63,812 nt of DNA, filler included, from Octopus bimaculoides (GCF_001194135.2; 11 parts of 11 records of this genome joined end to end with filler, not necessarily neighbours in it), one strand, 5' to 3'. Shown: positions 24,800 through 37,313, counted from the whole stretch's first letter. The notes: generated by a model from the sequence alone, not told the origin. Numbers and translations are program-made.

Positions 24800-26105
24800 A
24801 TGGCTGATTGGGCAAATGACCTCTTATGCACCCCAGGTCTTCTGAGTGAACTTGGCTGACAGAAACCAAAGGAAGCCCATCATAAATATAAATATACATA
24901 TATATNNNNNNNNNNNNNNNNNNNNNNNNNNNNNNNNNNNNNNNNNNNNNNNNNNNNNNNNNNNNNNNNNNNNNNNNNNNNNNNNNNNNNNNNNNNNNNN
25001 NNNNNNNNNNNNNNNNNNNNNNNNNNNNNNNNNNNNNNNNNNNNNNNNNNNNNNNNNNNNNNNNNNNNNNNNNNNNNNNNNNNNNNNNNNNNNNNNNNNN
25101 NNNNNNNNNNNNNNNNNNNNNNNNNNNNNNNNNNNNNNNNNNNNNNNNNNNNNNNNNNNNNNNNNNNNNNNNNNNNNNNNNNNNNNNNNNNNNNNNNNNN
25201 NNNNNNNNNNNNNNNNNNNNNNNNNNNNNNNNNNNNNNNNNNNNNNNNNNNNNNNNNNNNNNNNNNNNNNNNNNNNNNNNNNNNNNNNNNNNNNNNNNNN
25301 NNNNNNNNNNNNNNNNNNNNNNNNNNNNNNNNNNNNNNNNNNNNNNNNNNNNNNNNNNNNNNNNNNNNNNNNNNNNNNNNNNNNNNNNNNNNNNNNNNNN
25401 NNNNNNNNNNNNNNNNNNNNNNNNNNNNNNNNNNNNNNNNNNNNNNNNNNNNNNNNNNNNNNNNNNNNNNNNNNNNNNNNNNNNNNNNNNNNNNNNNNNN
25501 NNNNNNNNNNNNNNNNNNNNNNNNNNNNNNNNNNNNNNNNNNNNNNNNNNNNNNNNNNNNNNNNNNNNNNNNNNNNNNNNNNNNNNNNNNNNNNNNNNNN
25601 NNNNNNNNNNNNNNNNNNNNNNNNNNNNNNNNNNNNNNNNNNNNNNNNNNNNNNNNNNNNNNNNNNNNNNNNNNNNNNNNNNNNNNNNNNNNNNNNNNNN
25701 NNNNNNNNNNNNNNNNNNNNNNNNNNNNNNNNNNNNNNNNNNNNNNNNNNNNNNNNNNNNNNNNNNNNNNNNNNNNNNNNNNNNNNNNNNNNNNNNNNNN
25801 NNNNNNNNNNNNNNNNATATATATATATATATATATATATACATTCTAATGCATATACATATAGATACATATATGTCTGTGTGTGATTGTGTATGTGTTT
25901 GTAATGTGTTTGTTTCCAACCACGACTTGATGACCAGTGCTGGTTTGTTTATGTTACTATAACTTAGTAGTTTGGCAAAAGACACCAATAGAATAAGTAC
26001 CAGGCTTCGAATATATATAGGTACTGGGGTTGATTTGAGTGACTAAACCAAAGAAGGAGATGCCTCATCATGGCTGCAGTCTAATGACTAAAACAAGTAT
26101 AAGAC
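24800..26105 (+). mobile_element. Diverged family B SINE split by a 911-N gap in its internal TA tract
   Basis: 5' half TGGGCAAATGACCTC..GGAAGCCCATC before the gap; 3' half AACTTAGTAGTTTGGCAAAAGACACCAATAGAATAAGTACC..GACTAAAACAAGTA after it. Confidence 0.65.
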
Positions 26106-26169
26106 AAATGATCTTGCATTTGCGTGTATGTGTGTGTGTCTACATATAGGTGAGTAAGTAAGTGCAAAT

Positions 26170-26355
26170 CAAGGTGGAAAAAATAACAATCGAATACCAA
26201 ATGTAGAGTAATGTGTTTTTATTAGCTGCAAAATTATCACAAAACTGTCACTCAGAGTTTCACGTTCCTGTTCGTTTTTATCAAAACCGTCGAACAAATG
26301 GTTACATGGAACTCTGAGTAACAGTTCTGTGATAATTTTGCTGCTTTAATAAAAG
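26170..26355. repeat. Inverted pair of degenerate hammerhead-bearing Penelope-like termini
   Basis: 26216-26274 and 26291-26355 are imperfect reverse complements; homologous to 35345-35460. Confidence 0.65.
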
Positions 26356-26522
26356 TATATATCGATGAAAAATACGAGACGTTTTCGTCAGGGAGACTCA
26401 AATGAATAGGTTTGCACTCTCTNNNNNNNNNNNNNNNNNNNNNNNNNNNNNNNNNNNNNNNNNNNNTTAATTAATTAANNNNNNNNNNNNNNNNNNNNNN
26501 NNNNNNNNNNNNNNNNNNNNNN

Positions 26523-26727
26523 CTATCTATCTATCTATCTATCTCATTCTCTCTCCATCTCTCTCTCTCTCTATCTCTCTCTATCTCTCTATCTCTGTCT
26601 CTCTGTTTCTCTGTCTCTCTCTGTCTCTGTCTCTCTATCTATCTATCTCATTCTCTCCCCATCTCTCTCTCTTTCTGTCTGTCTCTCTCTCTCTATCTAT
26701 CTATCTCATTCTCTCTCCATCTCTCTC

Positions 26728-26778
<51 letters not shown>

Positions 26779-26810
26779 CATTCTCTCTCCATCTCTCTCT
26801 CTCTCCCTCC

Positions 26811-26840
<30 letters not shown>
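26523..26840. repeat. (CTAT)n/(CT)n compound minisatellite with repeated CTCATTCTCTCTCCATCT node
   Basis: Direct reading. Confidence 0.9.
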
Positions 26841-26842
<2 letters not shown>

Positions 26843-27208
26843 TTTTCCCGTTTCCTCTCCGTTTATTTCTTCTACTCATTCTCTCACCCTCTCTCGTCTC
26901 GTCTCCTTCTCGTTCTTTCTTCCACGTTCTAAATGTATATTTTTGAAGTGTTACCTGAAGAAAAAAAAACATTAATAAAAGAAAAAACAAAAAAAGCAAT
27001 TGAACAACAACAATAACAGCAACAACAACAACGACGACACCATCAAAACATCGGCCAAACAAACGGTATTATGTAGGAAAACAAAGAGAAACATCTACAA
27101 AGAAATAAAGAATAAAAAATGTAATTATTAAGACGGAGAGATGAGAGACGCCGTAGCCTGCTTCTTCAACAATTTACGACTGTCTTTGCATAAATGCTAC
27201 ACTTTTCA

Positions 27209-27234
<26 letters not shown>

Positions 27235-27243
<9 letters not shown>

Positions 27244-27462
27244 TATATATAATGCCCAACTCTTCGAAACGCCGGTGTTAAAACGGGGGTAGCTGATGAA
27301 GGAAAATGTTCTGTATGTGGCTTGTGTGTTTTCTGTACTCTGGTTATTATTATTTTCTTGTCTACGTTTTGTTTGCAATGTCCTGTACCCAGATATGCAC
27401 CTATATATACAGGTAGACGTAGGTATGCACATACCTGTACGTATATATGCATATACTCATTT
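27235..27462 (+). repeat. Second copy of the 14985-15200 repeat
   Basis: CTCTTCGAAACGC..GCTGATGAAGGAAAATGTTC..GTCCTGTACCCAGATATGCA. Confidence 0.6.
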
Positions 27463-27472
27463 NNNNNNNNNN

Positions 27473-27817
27473 GACGCACGGTCGTTGGATCGCAGTTTCG
27501 ATTCTTAGATCGGGCTTTCTGAGTGTTTATTGAGCGAAAAACACGAGGCACCGGCAGGGGTAGGTAGCGAACCCTGCTGTACTCTTTCAGCACAACTTTC
27601 TCTCACTGTTTCTTCCTGTTTCTGTTGTTGTACCTCTGTTTCAAAAGGTCAGCCTTGTCACACTCTGTGTCACGTTGAATATCCCCGAGAACTACGTTTA
27701 GGGTACACGTGTCTGTGGAGTGCTCAGCCACTTGCATGTTAATTTCACGAGCAGGCTGTTCCGTTGAACGGATCAACTGGAACCTTCGTCGTCGTGACCG
27801 ACGGAGAGCCATAACAA
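27473..27817 (+). mobile_element. SINE family C (tRNA-Arg-like head, 3' end GTCGT(G/A)ACCGACGGAG..AACAA)
   Basis: Matches the full-length copy at 59926-60312; 5' end lost in a small gap. Confidence 0.85.
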
Positions 27818-27907
27818 TATATACTTACTTATACGTACCCTCACACACGTATTTATATACACATATATATATTATATATCTATATATAATACTAAATATG
27901 ATATATA

Positions 27908-28550
27908 CGAAGGTGAGTCAAAAAGTGATGCCATTTTGTTTAGGACAGGTAAAATTACCAACACAGGAACTTGTATCATACATCAAAATGAAGCTGGTCC
28001 TCTGTGGATCACATCTCTACTTCTCAACATAGTCACCGTTTCTCTCAATAGCAATGTTCCACCTTCGGATGAGAGCATGTATCCCTGCTCCGTAAAATTC
28101 TGTTGACTGTTCTTTGAGCCACTTCTTCACTACAGTTTTCAATTCCTCGTCACTGGAATAATGTTTGCCTCTCAAATCCTCTTTCATGGAACCGAAGAGA
28201 TGATAGTCTGAAGGCGCTAAATTATTCCAGTGACGAGGAAGTGAAAACTGTAGTGAAGAAGTGGCTCAAAGAACAGTCAACAGAATTTTNNNNNNNNNNA
28301 TTCCAGTGACGAGGAAGTGAAAACTGTAGTGAAGAAGTGGCTCAAAGAACAGTCAACAGAATTTTACGGGGCAGGGATACATGCTCTCATTCGAAGGTGG
28401 AGCATTGCTATTAGAGAAACAGTGACTATGCTGAGATGTAGGGATGTGATCCACAGAGGACCAGCTTCATTTTGATGTATGATACATGTTTCTGTGCTGG
28501 TAATTATACCCGTCCTAAACAAGATGGCATTACTTTTTGACTCACCCTCG
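27908..28550. mobile_element. Palindromic mariner-derived MITE made of two inverted transposase 3' ends
   Basis: TA|CGAAGGTGAGTCAAAAAGTGATGCCAT ... ATGGCATTACTTTTTGACTCACCCTCG|TA. Left arm (minus) encodes LAPSDYHLFGSMKEDLRGKHYSSDEELKTVVKKWLKEQSTEFYGAGIHALIRRWNIAIERNGDYVEK*; right arm is the same region on plus. Confidence 0.9.
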
Positions 28551-28634
28551 TATATCATATTATATCAATATTATATTTGGCGGCAGTACTTCGAATCAGC
28601 TAATATCATTAAGTTAAGAATATGCATGCATCTG

Positions 28635-28669
<35 letters not shown>

Positions 28670-28682
28670 GTCTGTCTGTCTA

Positions 28683-28781
<99 letters not shown>

Positions 28782-29974
28782 GCACACACACACAAACAGA
28801 CAATAATACGCACGCCCGTATATACATGTGTGTGCGCGCACGCTTTATGTGTGTAAATTTGTGTATGTACTTGTAATGCATGTACCAGTCTCTCTCCCGC
28901 CCCCTCTCTCTCCTTCTCTCTCCCCCTCTCACACTGTGCATGTCTTTCGTTTCAGCTGCCTGTACCTGCCGCCCATAAAACTAGATACATTTCCGGTGCT
29001 CAGTTCTATATTCAACAGAGTTATTTGGAATAATAACTAAGCTAATTGTTTATTTCTATAAGTTAATTAAGGAACAGTTACGCTAGAGGAACACCGTAGT
29101 CTCTATCTAAATACCTTCTAATGTTTGGTTTCATTTTCCTGGGTTCAAATCCCAACTAGGGTAATGGGTAGGTTTTGTTTGCTCACATACGAGGTCTTTG
29201 TAATCACTATCAGTGATATGCTGGGGTGGATTCCCTTGTAAGAGATATATGATCGAGGAACGGTGCAGTGAAGAGACATGTGAGTATTTTGAAATAATAG
29301 ATAAACAGATAGATAGATTGAGAGCTAGATAACAGATCTGCTGTTGAAAGAAAGATAGGTGATACATAGATAAATAGCAAGTGTTTCTGAAATATACGCA
29401 TATACTTTACTAAACACTTATTAGTTTGTTTTCCTTATTCCTTTATTCAGCTTCTAATCCCACCAAATATTACGAAGAAATGGTTATCTCCCTTATATTA
29501 ACTGCCCGCTAGGCGACACTACGGGTTTGAAAAACTCTGATAGTGAATTCGAAATGAGCAACTTACTGTCGATGGAAAGTCAAAACGTTATGTTTACGAA
29601 GACACGTCTCTTCCATTGCGTAACGAGAAATTACTACCACGAAACAGCAGTTGAAACCAATATCTGTGCTTGAAAGAATATAATGGAAATGGCTCGTGGA
29701 TTTCGTTTGTTGCTAAAATTAAAACATTAGCTACTTTAAGACAGCTTTACTAGGTGGCGCTCCTTGGGAATTGTTACCCTGCGCGTAGAGACTAAGGACT
29801 TTCTTTTCTCTCTCGATTGCTAATCCACTAACGTTCTGAGCAGGAATATGTAAACTATATTCGAAAGGAAGGCGAGATGTTCGCAGTTACAACGCCGTCC
29901 ATCACAGGTCTGATCAATCGGAGCTGATATGAGGTTAACTATCACCTTCAGAATCGTCGCCTCCGGTATCACAT

Positions 29975-30625
29975 TTCTATATATCTGATATCACTCTTTA
30001 CTTTCCCTTATCTTACCCATTTGCAGGCTAGAACCAAATGCAACTTATGACATTCTGTTACACTGTCTCCATGAACAGAAAGCTCATAGATATATTCCAA
30101 TGGAATCAAGACAAAATAGTTGTCTTTAATAATACCAAGACACTATCGCTTACATATCACAAGGAAACAGTTTTGCATTACAACTTCCTGGCATATCAAT
30201 AACACAGTGTTAACATTCCCAGAGTCGTTACATATTCTCGGCCTCACAATCTCAGATACACTCGCATGATGGCCACACATACACACACATTACAATACCG
30301 CGAAATGTGCATCTTTGGAAAACAAGATTTCTTTTTCTAAATGCGAGAAAATACTTTCGTTTTGATCGGTTGCTGACATTTAAAATAGTTTAAATTGTGA
30401 ACTATTCTGGAATACCACTCCTCTGGTACGGTGAAACTGTTACGTATGCAAACATCCTAGTTTACAACCAATAAAAGGCCATCCAACCGACTTAGTAAAG
30501 TACGAGAGTAACTCGCTCATAGAGGCGCTATTTCTTTTCTCTGTCACTTCTTCCGCTACCCCATCTATTCCAGTTTCTCTGTACTAGCAAGCTCCGTATC
30601 CCCGCCTCCGTTGCCGATGTCGCAA
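29975..30625 (+). pseudogene. Highly decayed CR1/Jockey-group LINE RT C-terminal fragment
   Basis: Frame-shifted motifs RKLIDIFQWNQDKIVVFNNTKT, ESLHILGLTISDTLA*WPHI, LEYHS.LW, SLAHRGAISFLCHFFRY..LASSVSPPPLP (cf. LSHRR.VASLSLFYRY..SELAS.VPPP). Confidence 0.6.
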
Positions 30626-32160
30626 ATGCTTTTTTTTTTTTTCTGTTCTCGTCACCCGACTAAACTGTATCCGGTACTAAACATATTTCTTAATCGTTCT
30701 TCTCCGAAACTGAAACAATTTGAAATACTCAGTTATTTAACACCACGTCAACACTGATCAAAAACCTATGATCAAAGGCGTTTCAGTCATGACCATCTAT
30801 TCTATTAGCCATGCAGCGTATTTAGGACGACTATACCGATGCTGCCTTTATTTATAGGACGATACGGGACTCCATTTCCCAAAGTGACCTGCTTTTTTAA
30901 GAGAGTAAGGGGATATTTGAACAAAATTTGGTTGTTATTTGCAGCAGATCAACGTAGCGACTCCCTCCTTGGAGCTGGAAAAATGACGCAACGAAGTCAC
31001 TGGATAGGCTTGAGCCACCGAAATTCCAATGAACAGCCGAATATGTTAGCTGATCACTGATACTGCTCCGACTAAATTTAACCGTTTCCCTGTCCAAAAC
31101 ACTTTCATAAATTTGTCTTAAACGTTCATGCTTGTTAACAGCCTTTTCGTAAATCGTTGTTTTATGCGTTCTGAGTAATAAGTTTCCTTAACCCATTAAC
31201 TGCCAAATTTTTTATTCATATTTTCTGGCCTTGCATATGCATAATATTTAAATTTTCTTCATTTGTGAATTATTTTGGAAATTATAATAAATTTTTCGAA
31301 AAGTCTCAAATGGGGATCGCTGAAAAAAAGCATATTTATCATTTTCTATTCAATTGCAATAATAAACATTAAAATTTTTTTGAAACTATAGTATCAAATG
31401 CGAATGTGTATGAAATATCGATGAATGATATAGATGCGAAATGCAAAAAAAACAAAACAAAAAAAAAAAAACGTTTTCAAAGCAGTCAATATTTTTGTAG
31501 TTCAAAAATTGCGATTTATGACATAAAATGTCCTCCAGAATTAGCCAGAGCTAAGAATGACAAACTTTAACAACTAAATATTATTAAACACACCTCTGCA
31601 AATGCAATGTTCATAAGCCATTCACTTTAAATACAACGAGCAACCGGCAGGGAGACTGTTTTTAGCAGATCCCCAAATGGGGCCCATGGCAGGCAATCGG
31701 TTAAGACTATGTATCATGTATAATTCACAGACGTCAGGGAAATAAATATGTCCTGTGTATCCCAAGTGATATAAGGGGACAAGGCAGAGGGTTAAAAAGC
31801 ATAAATATTTTATCTTTACCGATGGAAGTCACAATCTTGTTTTTGAGTGCCTGTGGCGCATGGGTTGTGTTTAGAGGAGTTCCCTCTAGCGATCTTTTGT
31901 TGATTCGGTCTGAGGGCTGAAGATGACTTTCTCTATTCCTTCCATCAAATTTTGAGGTCCTGAGAAGGACCACGAACAACTCTGGTTATAAAAATACAGC
32001 GATTAGATCCTAGCAAGTTGCTTTTGTTTATGTTGCTTAGTCATGGATCAAACTTAATCAGGCCAAGTAGAAGCTGGGGGCAGCTAATTTGAATAAACTG
32101 TTATCTACCAGCCGCAATCTAGTTCAAAATTTTCGATTTTTTTAATAATTTTATTTTTGG

Positions 32161-32191
32161 AAACTGTCAAATTTAACCCTGACACCCTGTA
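32161..32191. mobile_element. Solitary Tc1/mariner-type right terminal repeat
   Basis: ..TTTAACCCTGACACCCTG|TA (reverse complement TA|CAGGGTGTC); no partner found. Confidence 0.35.
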
Positions 32192-32759
32192 TGTGTGCCA
32201 GGGTTAAGCTACAGAGAAACATAAATTTTGTTAAGCTTGAATCTGCTAGTTGGGTTTCAATTCTCACTAGTCTATTCTTTCTAAAGAAAATCAGACAATT
32301 TTTATTTTGAATGATGTTAATTTACTAAAACAGCTACTTTCCCCATCCCTAGTTATTTCAATTTATATTCCTTTTTACATCTTCACATGAGTAAGTATTG
32401 AAGTAGGTATTAAACTGTGAAGCAGAGTATAAACTTCTAAAGTAGGGTTTTATGAAAAGAAAACAAAAAACAAAACTGGTTTTATTGATTTCTTTTAATA
32501 TTTAGTTTGGGATTTATTGGTGGAAGAGAAGAAAGGTTACAATGAGGGGCGATAAGATTTTCTCAAGGAAAATTCAGGTTGCATGTAATTGACGTATAGT
32601 ATAATGACTGTGGACGGAAATCGAAACCCAGATGCAGTATTTAATCCACTAAAACCGGAGGTTTACATCTACTCCATCTTACTCAAGACAAAAGTACATT
32701 GTAGAGTTAAAAGTGTATCTGACTTTATTTTTATCAAGCCGAGGGAAGTGGTGGTAGTG

Positions 32760-32874
32760 GTGGGGCTGAAAGGCAAAAATTGACCTCAGTGACATTTGAA
32801 CTCAGAACATTCGAAAGAAATATCGCAAGGCGTTTTGGCTGATGCTTTGGCACTTCTCTCAGTCCATCAGCCTT
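32760..32874 (-). mobile_element. Degenerate family A SINE head
   Basis: GAAAGGCAAAAATTGACCTCAGTGACATTTGAACTCAGAAC is the reverse complement of the family A B-box region. Confidence 0.55.
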
Positions 32875-33241
32875 TTCTCTGCTTTTAATTATGAAAATTA
32901 TGTCACATTTATACTCTGCAAGTAGACTGACTGTTTGAACGTTGTATTAAGTCATCTTTGTCAATCTCACATGTTGAGGGCAGCGCGTCTCACAAAGATT
33001 GTTAAAGGTTTTAATTTACTTGTAATTTCACCTGCAGTTTGTGAGTTAGCTTTCCGAGCAGTGATGAAAATACTGTCCATATTTTCATCGGTAACTTCAT
33101 AAATTCTGGTGATAATGATAACGAGATAACGAAGAGACATCGACGTGGTTGCTCGACCATTCAGAAATAGTAGACAAGTTTCACTAAGCCAAACTTCCCT
33201 TAGTTTTATAAAATGGGAAAGTTGCATTGGACGCGTCGTAG

Positions 33242-33481
33242 CAGGGTTCGGCTTCTTGCCATACCTGTGGAAAGAGTCAGAAGTTACTGACGTAGAAACT
33301 CTACGACTTCATCAGCTCCGATTCCTGGCCTCCTAATCCCCCACCACACCGACTGTAATCTCATGGATTACTGTGTGTGACGTAGAGTTGAGAAAGCCAT
33401 CAACAGCTCTGCTTGCAACACCAAGGCGTAGCTGGTGGCCAAGATCAAGGAGATCTTTGAAGATCTTTCCAGAAACACAGA
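33242..33481 (+). pseudogene. Tc1/mariner (maT-like) transposase C-terminal fragment
   Basis: QGSASCHTCGKSQK..LYDFISSDSWPPNP /fs/ DCNLMDYCV*RRVEKAINSSACNTKA*LVAKIKEIFEDL (cf. QDSAPCH, WPPNSPDCNP.DY). Confidence 0.75.
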
Positions 33482-33845
33482 AAGTTTTGGGATGGTCAGA
33501 GACGAAAGGCTTTCACTCATTAGTCTTCATGAAAAAGACTAACCTGAGACTAAACAATGGTAGTCAATGAGCTAATGAAGAATATTCGTGCATAATGCGT
33601 GTTTGCAATAAAAACGAGACCGTGTGTGGTGGTTGGGGTATGGCTGGTTGTTAAATCATCAAATTATATGCAATATGAAAAAGTTTTTACTGCAGATAAC
33701 TTTCAAATTATGTAGGAAAGTCGTCAAATTTATTACAGACATAAANNNNNNNNNNNNNNNNNNNNNNNNNNNNNNNNNNNNNNNNNNNNTTAATTAATTA
33801 ANNNNNNNNNNNNNNNNNNNNNNNNNNNNNNNNNNNNNNNNNNNN

Positions 33846-34117
33846 GACCAAAGCCTTCTGAGTGTATTTGGTAGACGGAAACTGAAAGAAGCCCGTCGTA
33901 TATATGTATATGTATATGTATATATATATGTGTGTGTTTGTGTGTCTGTGTTTGTCTCCCCCAACATCGCTTGACAACCGATGCTGGTGTGTTTACGTCC
34001 CCGTAACTTAGCGGTTTGGCAAAAGGGCCTGATAGAATAAGTACTAGGCTTACAAAGAATAAGTCCCGGGGTCGATTTGCTCGACTTAAGGCGGTGCTCC
34101 AGCATGTCCACAGTCAA
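33846..34117 (+). mobile_element. SINE family B, 3' two-thirds
   Basis: GACCAAAGCCTT..GGCGGTGCTCCAGCATGTCCACAGTCAAAT; begins at a linker gap. Confidence 0.85.
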
Positions 34118-34359
34118 ATTTGAATTTGTCAGTGTCATTGATGTTTAAGTTGAGTGTTTTAACTCTATTTTCTAGAAGGTAAGCGCTTCGTTTCCCCTTA
34201 TGATATATATAAATCTTAATTGTATAGCTATGTAACGCTATTGAACGCCTGCAGCCACCTATATTATTGTTGATGTTATTATCAATATATATTTAGCGCA
34301 GATAGTAATAAGAATAATAAAATCTTTATAAATATTTGCCTTTGAATATTTACACTGTA

Positions 34360-34469
<110 letters not shown>

Positions 34470-35428
34470 NNNNNNNNNNNNNNNNNNNNNNNNNNNNNNN
34501 NNNNNNNNNNNNNNNNNNNNNNNNNNNNNNNNNNNNNNNNNNNNNNNNNNNNNNNNNNNNNNNNNNNNNNNNNNNNNNNNNNNNNNNNNNNNNNNNNNNN
34601 NNNNNNNNNNNNNNNNNNNNNNNNNNNNNNNNNNNNNNNNNNNNNNNNNNNNNNNNNNNNNNNNNNNNNNNNNNNNNNNNNNNNNNNNNNNNNNNNNNNN
34701 NNNNNNNNNNNNNNNNNNNNNNNNNNNNNNNNNNNNNNNNNNNNNNNNNNNNNNNNNNNNNNNNNNNNNNNNNNNNNNNNNNNNNNNNNNNNNNNNNNNN
34801 NNNNNNNNNNNNNNNNNNNNNNNNNNNNNNNNNNNNNNNNNNNNNNNNNNNNNNNNNNNNNNNNNNNNNNNNNNNNNNNNNNNNNNNNNNNNNNNNNNNN
34901 NNNNNNNNNNNNNNNNNNNNNNNNNNNNNNNNNNNNNNNNNNNNNNNNNNNNNNNNNNNNNNNNNNNNNNNNNNNNNNNNNNNNNNNNNNNNNNNNNNNN
35001 NNNNNNNNNNNNNNNNNNNNNNNNNNNNNNNNNNNNNNNNNNNNNNNNNNNNNNNNNNNNNNNNNNNNNNNNNNNNNNNNNNNNNNNNNNNNNNNNNNNN
35101 NNNNNNNNNNNNNNNNNNNNNNNNNNNNNNNNNNNNNNNNNNNNNNNNNNNNNNNNNNNNNNNNNNNNNNNNNNNNNNNNNNNNNNNNNNNNNNNNNNNN
35201 NNNNNNNNNNNNNNNNNNNNNNNNNNNNNNNNNNNNNNNNNNNNNNNNNNNNNNNNNNNNNNNNNNNNNNNNNNNNNNNNNATATATATATATATATATA
35301 TATATACACGTATAGATGTAAGTATGTACATAAATGCAAAATAGGTGGGGAAAAACTGTACTCGAATACCGAAGGAAGAGTAATCTGCTCTTGTATTATA
35401 GCTGCAAAAGCATCTAAAAAAAACCTCC

Positions 35429-35458
35429 TACTCAGTGTTTCACGTTCCCGTTCGTCAG
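35429..35458 (-). ncRNA. Hammerhead ribozyme core (stem I degenerate) in Penelope-like terminus 35345-35465
   Basis: CUGACGA ACG-GGAA-CGU GAAAC ACUGA GUA. Canonical core, 3-bp stem II and GUA site; only one stem I pair is evident. Confidence 0.6.
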
Positions 35459-35940
35459 GCAATTGGGATACAGAATGGAATAAAATTGTGATGGTACATG
35501 TAATTTACGATTTGGTATAATCCGATTTGACGCATAAGTGTTTGAATTTGAATGGTTAATTTATTTTGAAAACACGAACGCTGTTGTATTCGCTAAGGAC
35601 TGGGCTGGTCGGCGGTGTATAAACTGAACATCAAAATATATTGTATTGAGTTAAGAAGGGAGTGTTACATGTCCAGAAGGGATTGAATAACGATAAATAA
35701 ATAATTAATAGAAGTGAAAGCTTGATTTTTTTTTTCATAAATTAAAAACCCATCGATTGTAGAAAATCTGAGGCTTAAAATTTAATCCCGATTTAGCGGA
35801 AGACATTACCGGAAGACACGTTATTGGTGCTCACAGATTAGACTGCTGGGAAAAAAATTCTAGCATCGGGCTTTGACAAGGAAGCTTAGATTCAAAGAAT
35901 TTTTCTAAGTATTCTTGTTGTCCATAATAACGCTATTATT

Positions 35941-36140
35941 AAAGGCGGCGAACTGGCAGAAACGTTAGAACGCCGGGTGAAATGCTTAGCGGTATTTCGT
36001 CTGTCTTTACGTTCTGAGTTCAAATTCCGCCGAGGTTGACATTGTTTTGAAGTTAAGTACCAGTTGCGTACTGTGGTCGAACTAATCGACTGGGCCCCTC
36101 CCCCAAAATTTCGGGCCTTGTGCCTAACGTAGAAAAAATA
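35941..36140 (+). mobile_element. SINE family A
   Basis: AAAGGCGGCGAACTGGCAGAAACGTTAG..GGCCTTGTGCCTAACGTAGAAAA. Confidence 0.9.
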
Positions 36141-36425
36141 ATACTGTTTCCTGGAGCTGCACTAATCTAGGTGCTATGCCCATTTCTTATATGCAATTAT
36201 ACTTTAGGGATAGCTCCTAATGCACCTACAGTTACAGGGATACATTTCACCAGCACTTTCTATAGCCTCTGTAACTCAACGACTAAATCCTGGTGCTTTG
36301 CTCTTTTCTTTATACTTCTCATATTGACTTTCTCATCATTTGGGACTGTAAAGTCAATTACCTGTCACTTTTTTTCTCTTTACTTCAAACAAATCAGGCC
36401 TTTTAGCTTTCTGTACTCTGTCAGT

Positions 36426-36728
36426 GTGGAGGCACAATGGCCCAGTGGTTAGGGCAGCGGACTCGCGGACGGAGGACCGCGGTTTCGATTCCCAGATCGG
36501 GCGTTGTGAGTGTTTATTGAGAGTCAACACCTAAATCCCCACGAGGCTCTGGCAGTGGATGGTGGTGGCGAACCCTGCTCTACACTTCCACCACAACTTC
36601 CTCTCACTCTTTCTTCCTNNNNNNNNNNCACTTCCACCACAACTTCCTCTCACTCTTTCTTCCTGTTTCTGTTGTACCTGTATTTCAAAGGGGCCAGCCT
36701 TGTCGCACTCTGTGCCACGTTGAATATC
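36426..36728 (+). mobile_element. SINE family C, 3'-truncated at the R4 fragment
   Basis: GTGGAGGCACAATGGCCCAGTGGTTAGGGCAGCGGACTCGCGG..GGTTTCGATTCCC head; stops at TGAATATC. Confidence 0.85.
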
Positions 36729-37313
36729 TTTTATGTTGTTTGTCTTTTCCACTTCCTGATCTTTCTTTTCCAGTTCTCTTGTGGTCTCTTCTACCTCCAA
36801 TTCTGTCATCCACTGTCTTCTCCTAATAGTATTATCTTGATCAACTAATCTCTGCTCAGTCACTTCAAATATACCCTTCTCTACCCAAAGTGTTAACATC
36901 CATTTTCTATAGCCCCTTCTAGGTTCACATTCTAAGTAGCACTGTATCACTATCCTCTTTTCTTCACTGGTCCACTTCCTCCTCATTACTCTATTATCTG
37001 CAAATGCTGCATTAGGATGACAACTGTGGTCAGTCTGCATCTTTACTGATCCACTGCCGAGCGAGAGGCCTTCACTTAAAGGTCCAGTTTCATTTTTGCT
37101 GTTACAACCAAAGTTTCTACGGACACTCCTGTCTCTTATGAACTGAGGTAAAGCTACGTTCGTCACCGTCGTCGTCACCGTCGTCGTCACCGTCGTCGTC
37201 ACCACCATTATTTTTCGACATCTGAAAGTCTCAAGCAACTTTCTATTGCATCATCTGTTGCACTTTTGTGTTGGTGGGGGTGGGGTGTGCTGAATTTCTT
37301 TTGGCGGGAGCGG
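36729..37313 (-). mobile_element. R4/Dong-like ORF N-terminus with Myb-like domain
   Basis: RRKWTSEEKRIVIQCYLECEPRRGYRKWMLTLWVEKGIFEVTEQRLVDQDNTIRRRQWMTELEVE, the KWT..CY..GYR..W..EQRL.DQ pattern of R4-clade N-termini. Confidence 0.75.

Noticed and set aside
28233-28345. Direct repeats on both sides of 10-N gaps (also 36580-36660 and 40805-41060)
   Set aside because: Pattern of unmerged contig overlaps; most likely assembly artefacts.
30508-30530. CATAGAGGCGCTA as a CTCF site
   Set aside because: Poor match, and it lies within the CR1-group coding remnant (AHRGA).
31188-31795. piggyBac-like MITE (TTAA|CCC..GGG|TTAA)
   Set aside because: Terminal similarity is limited to a few bases with an indel.
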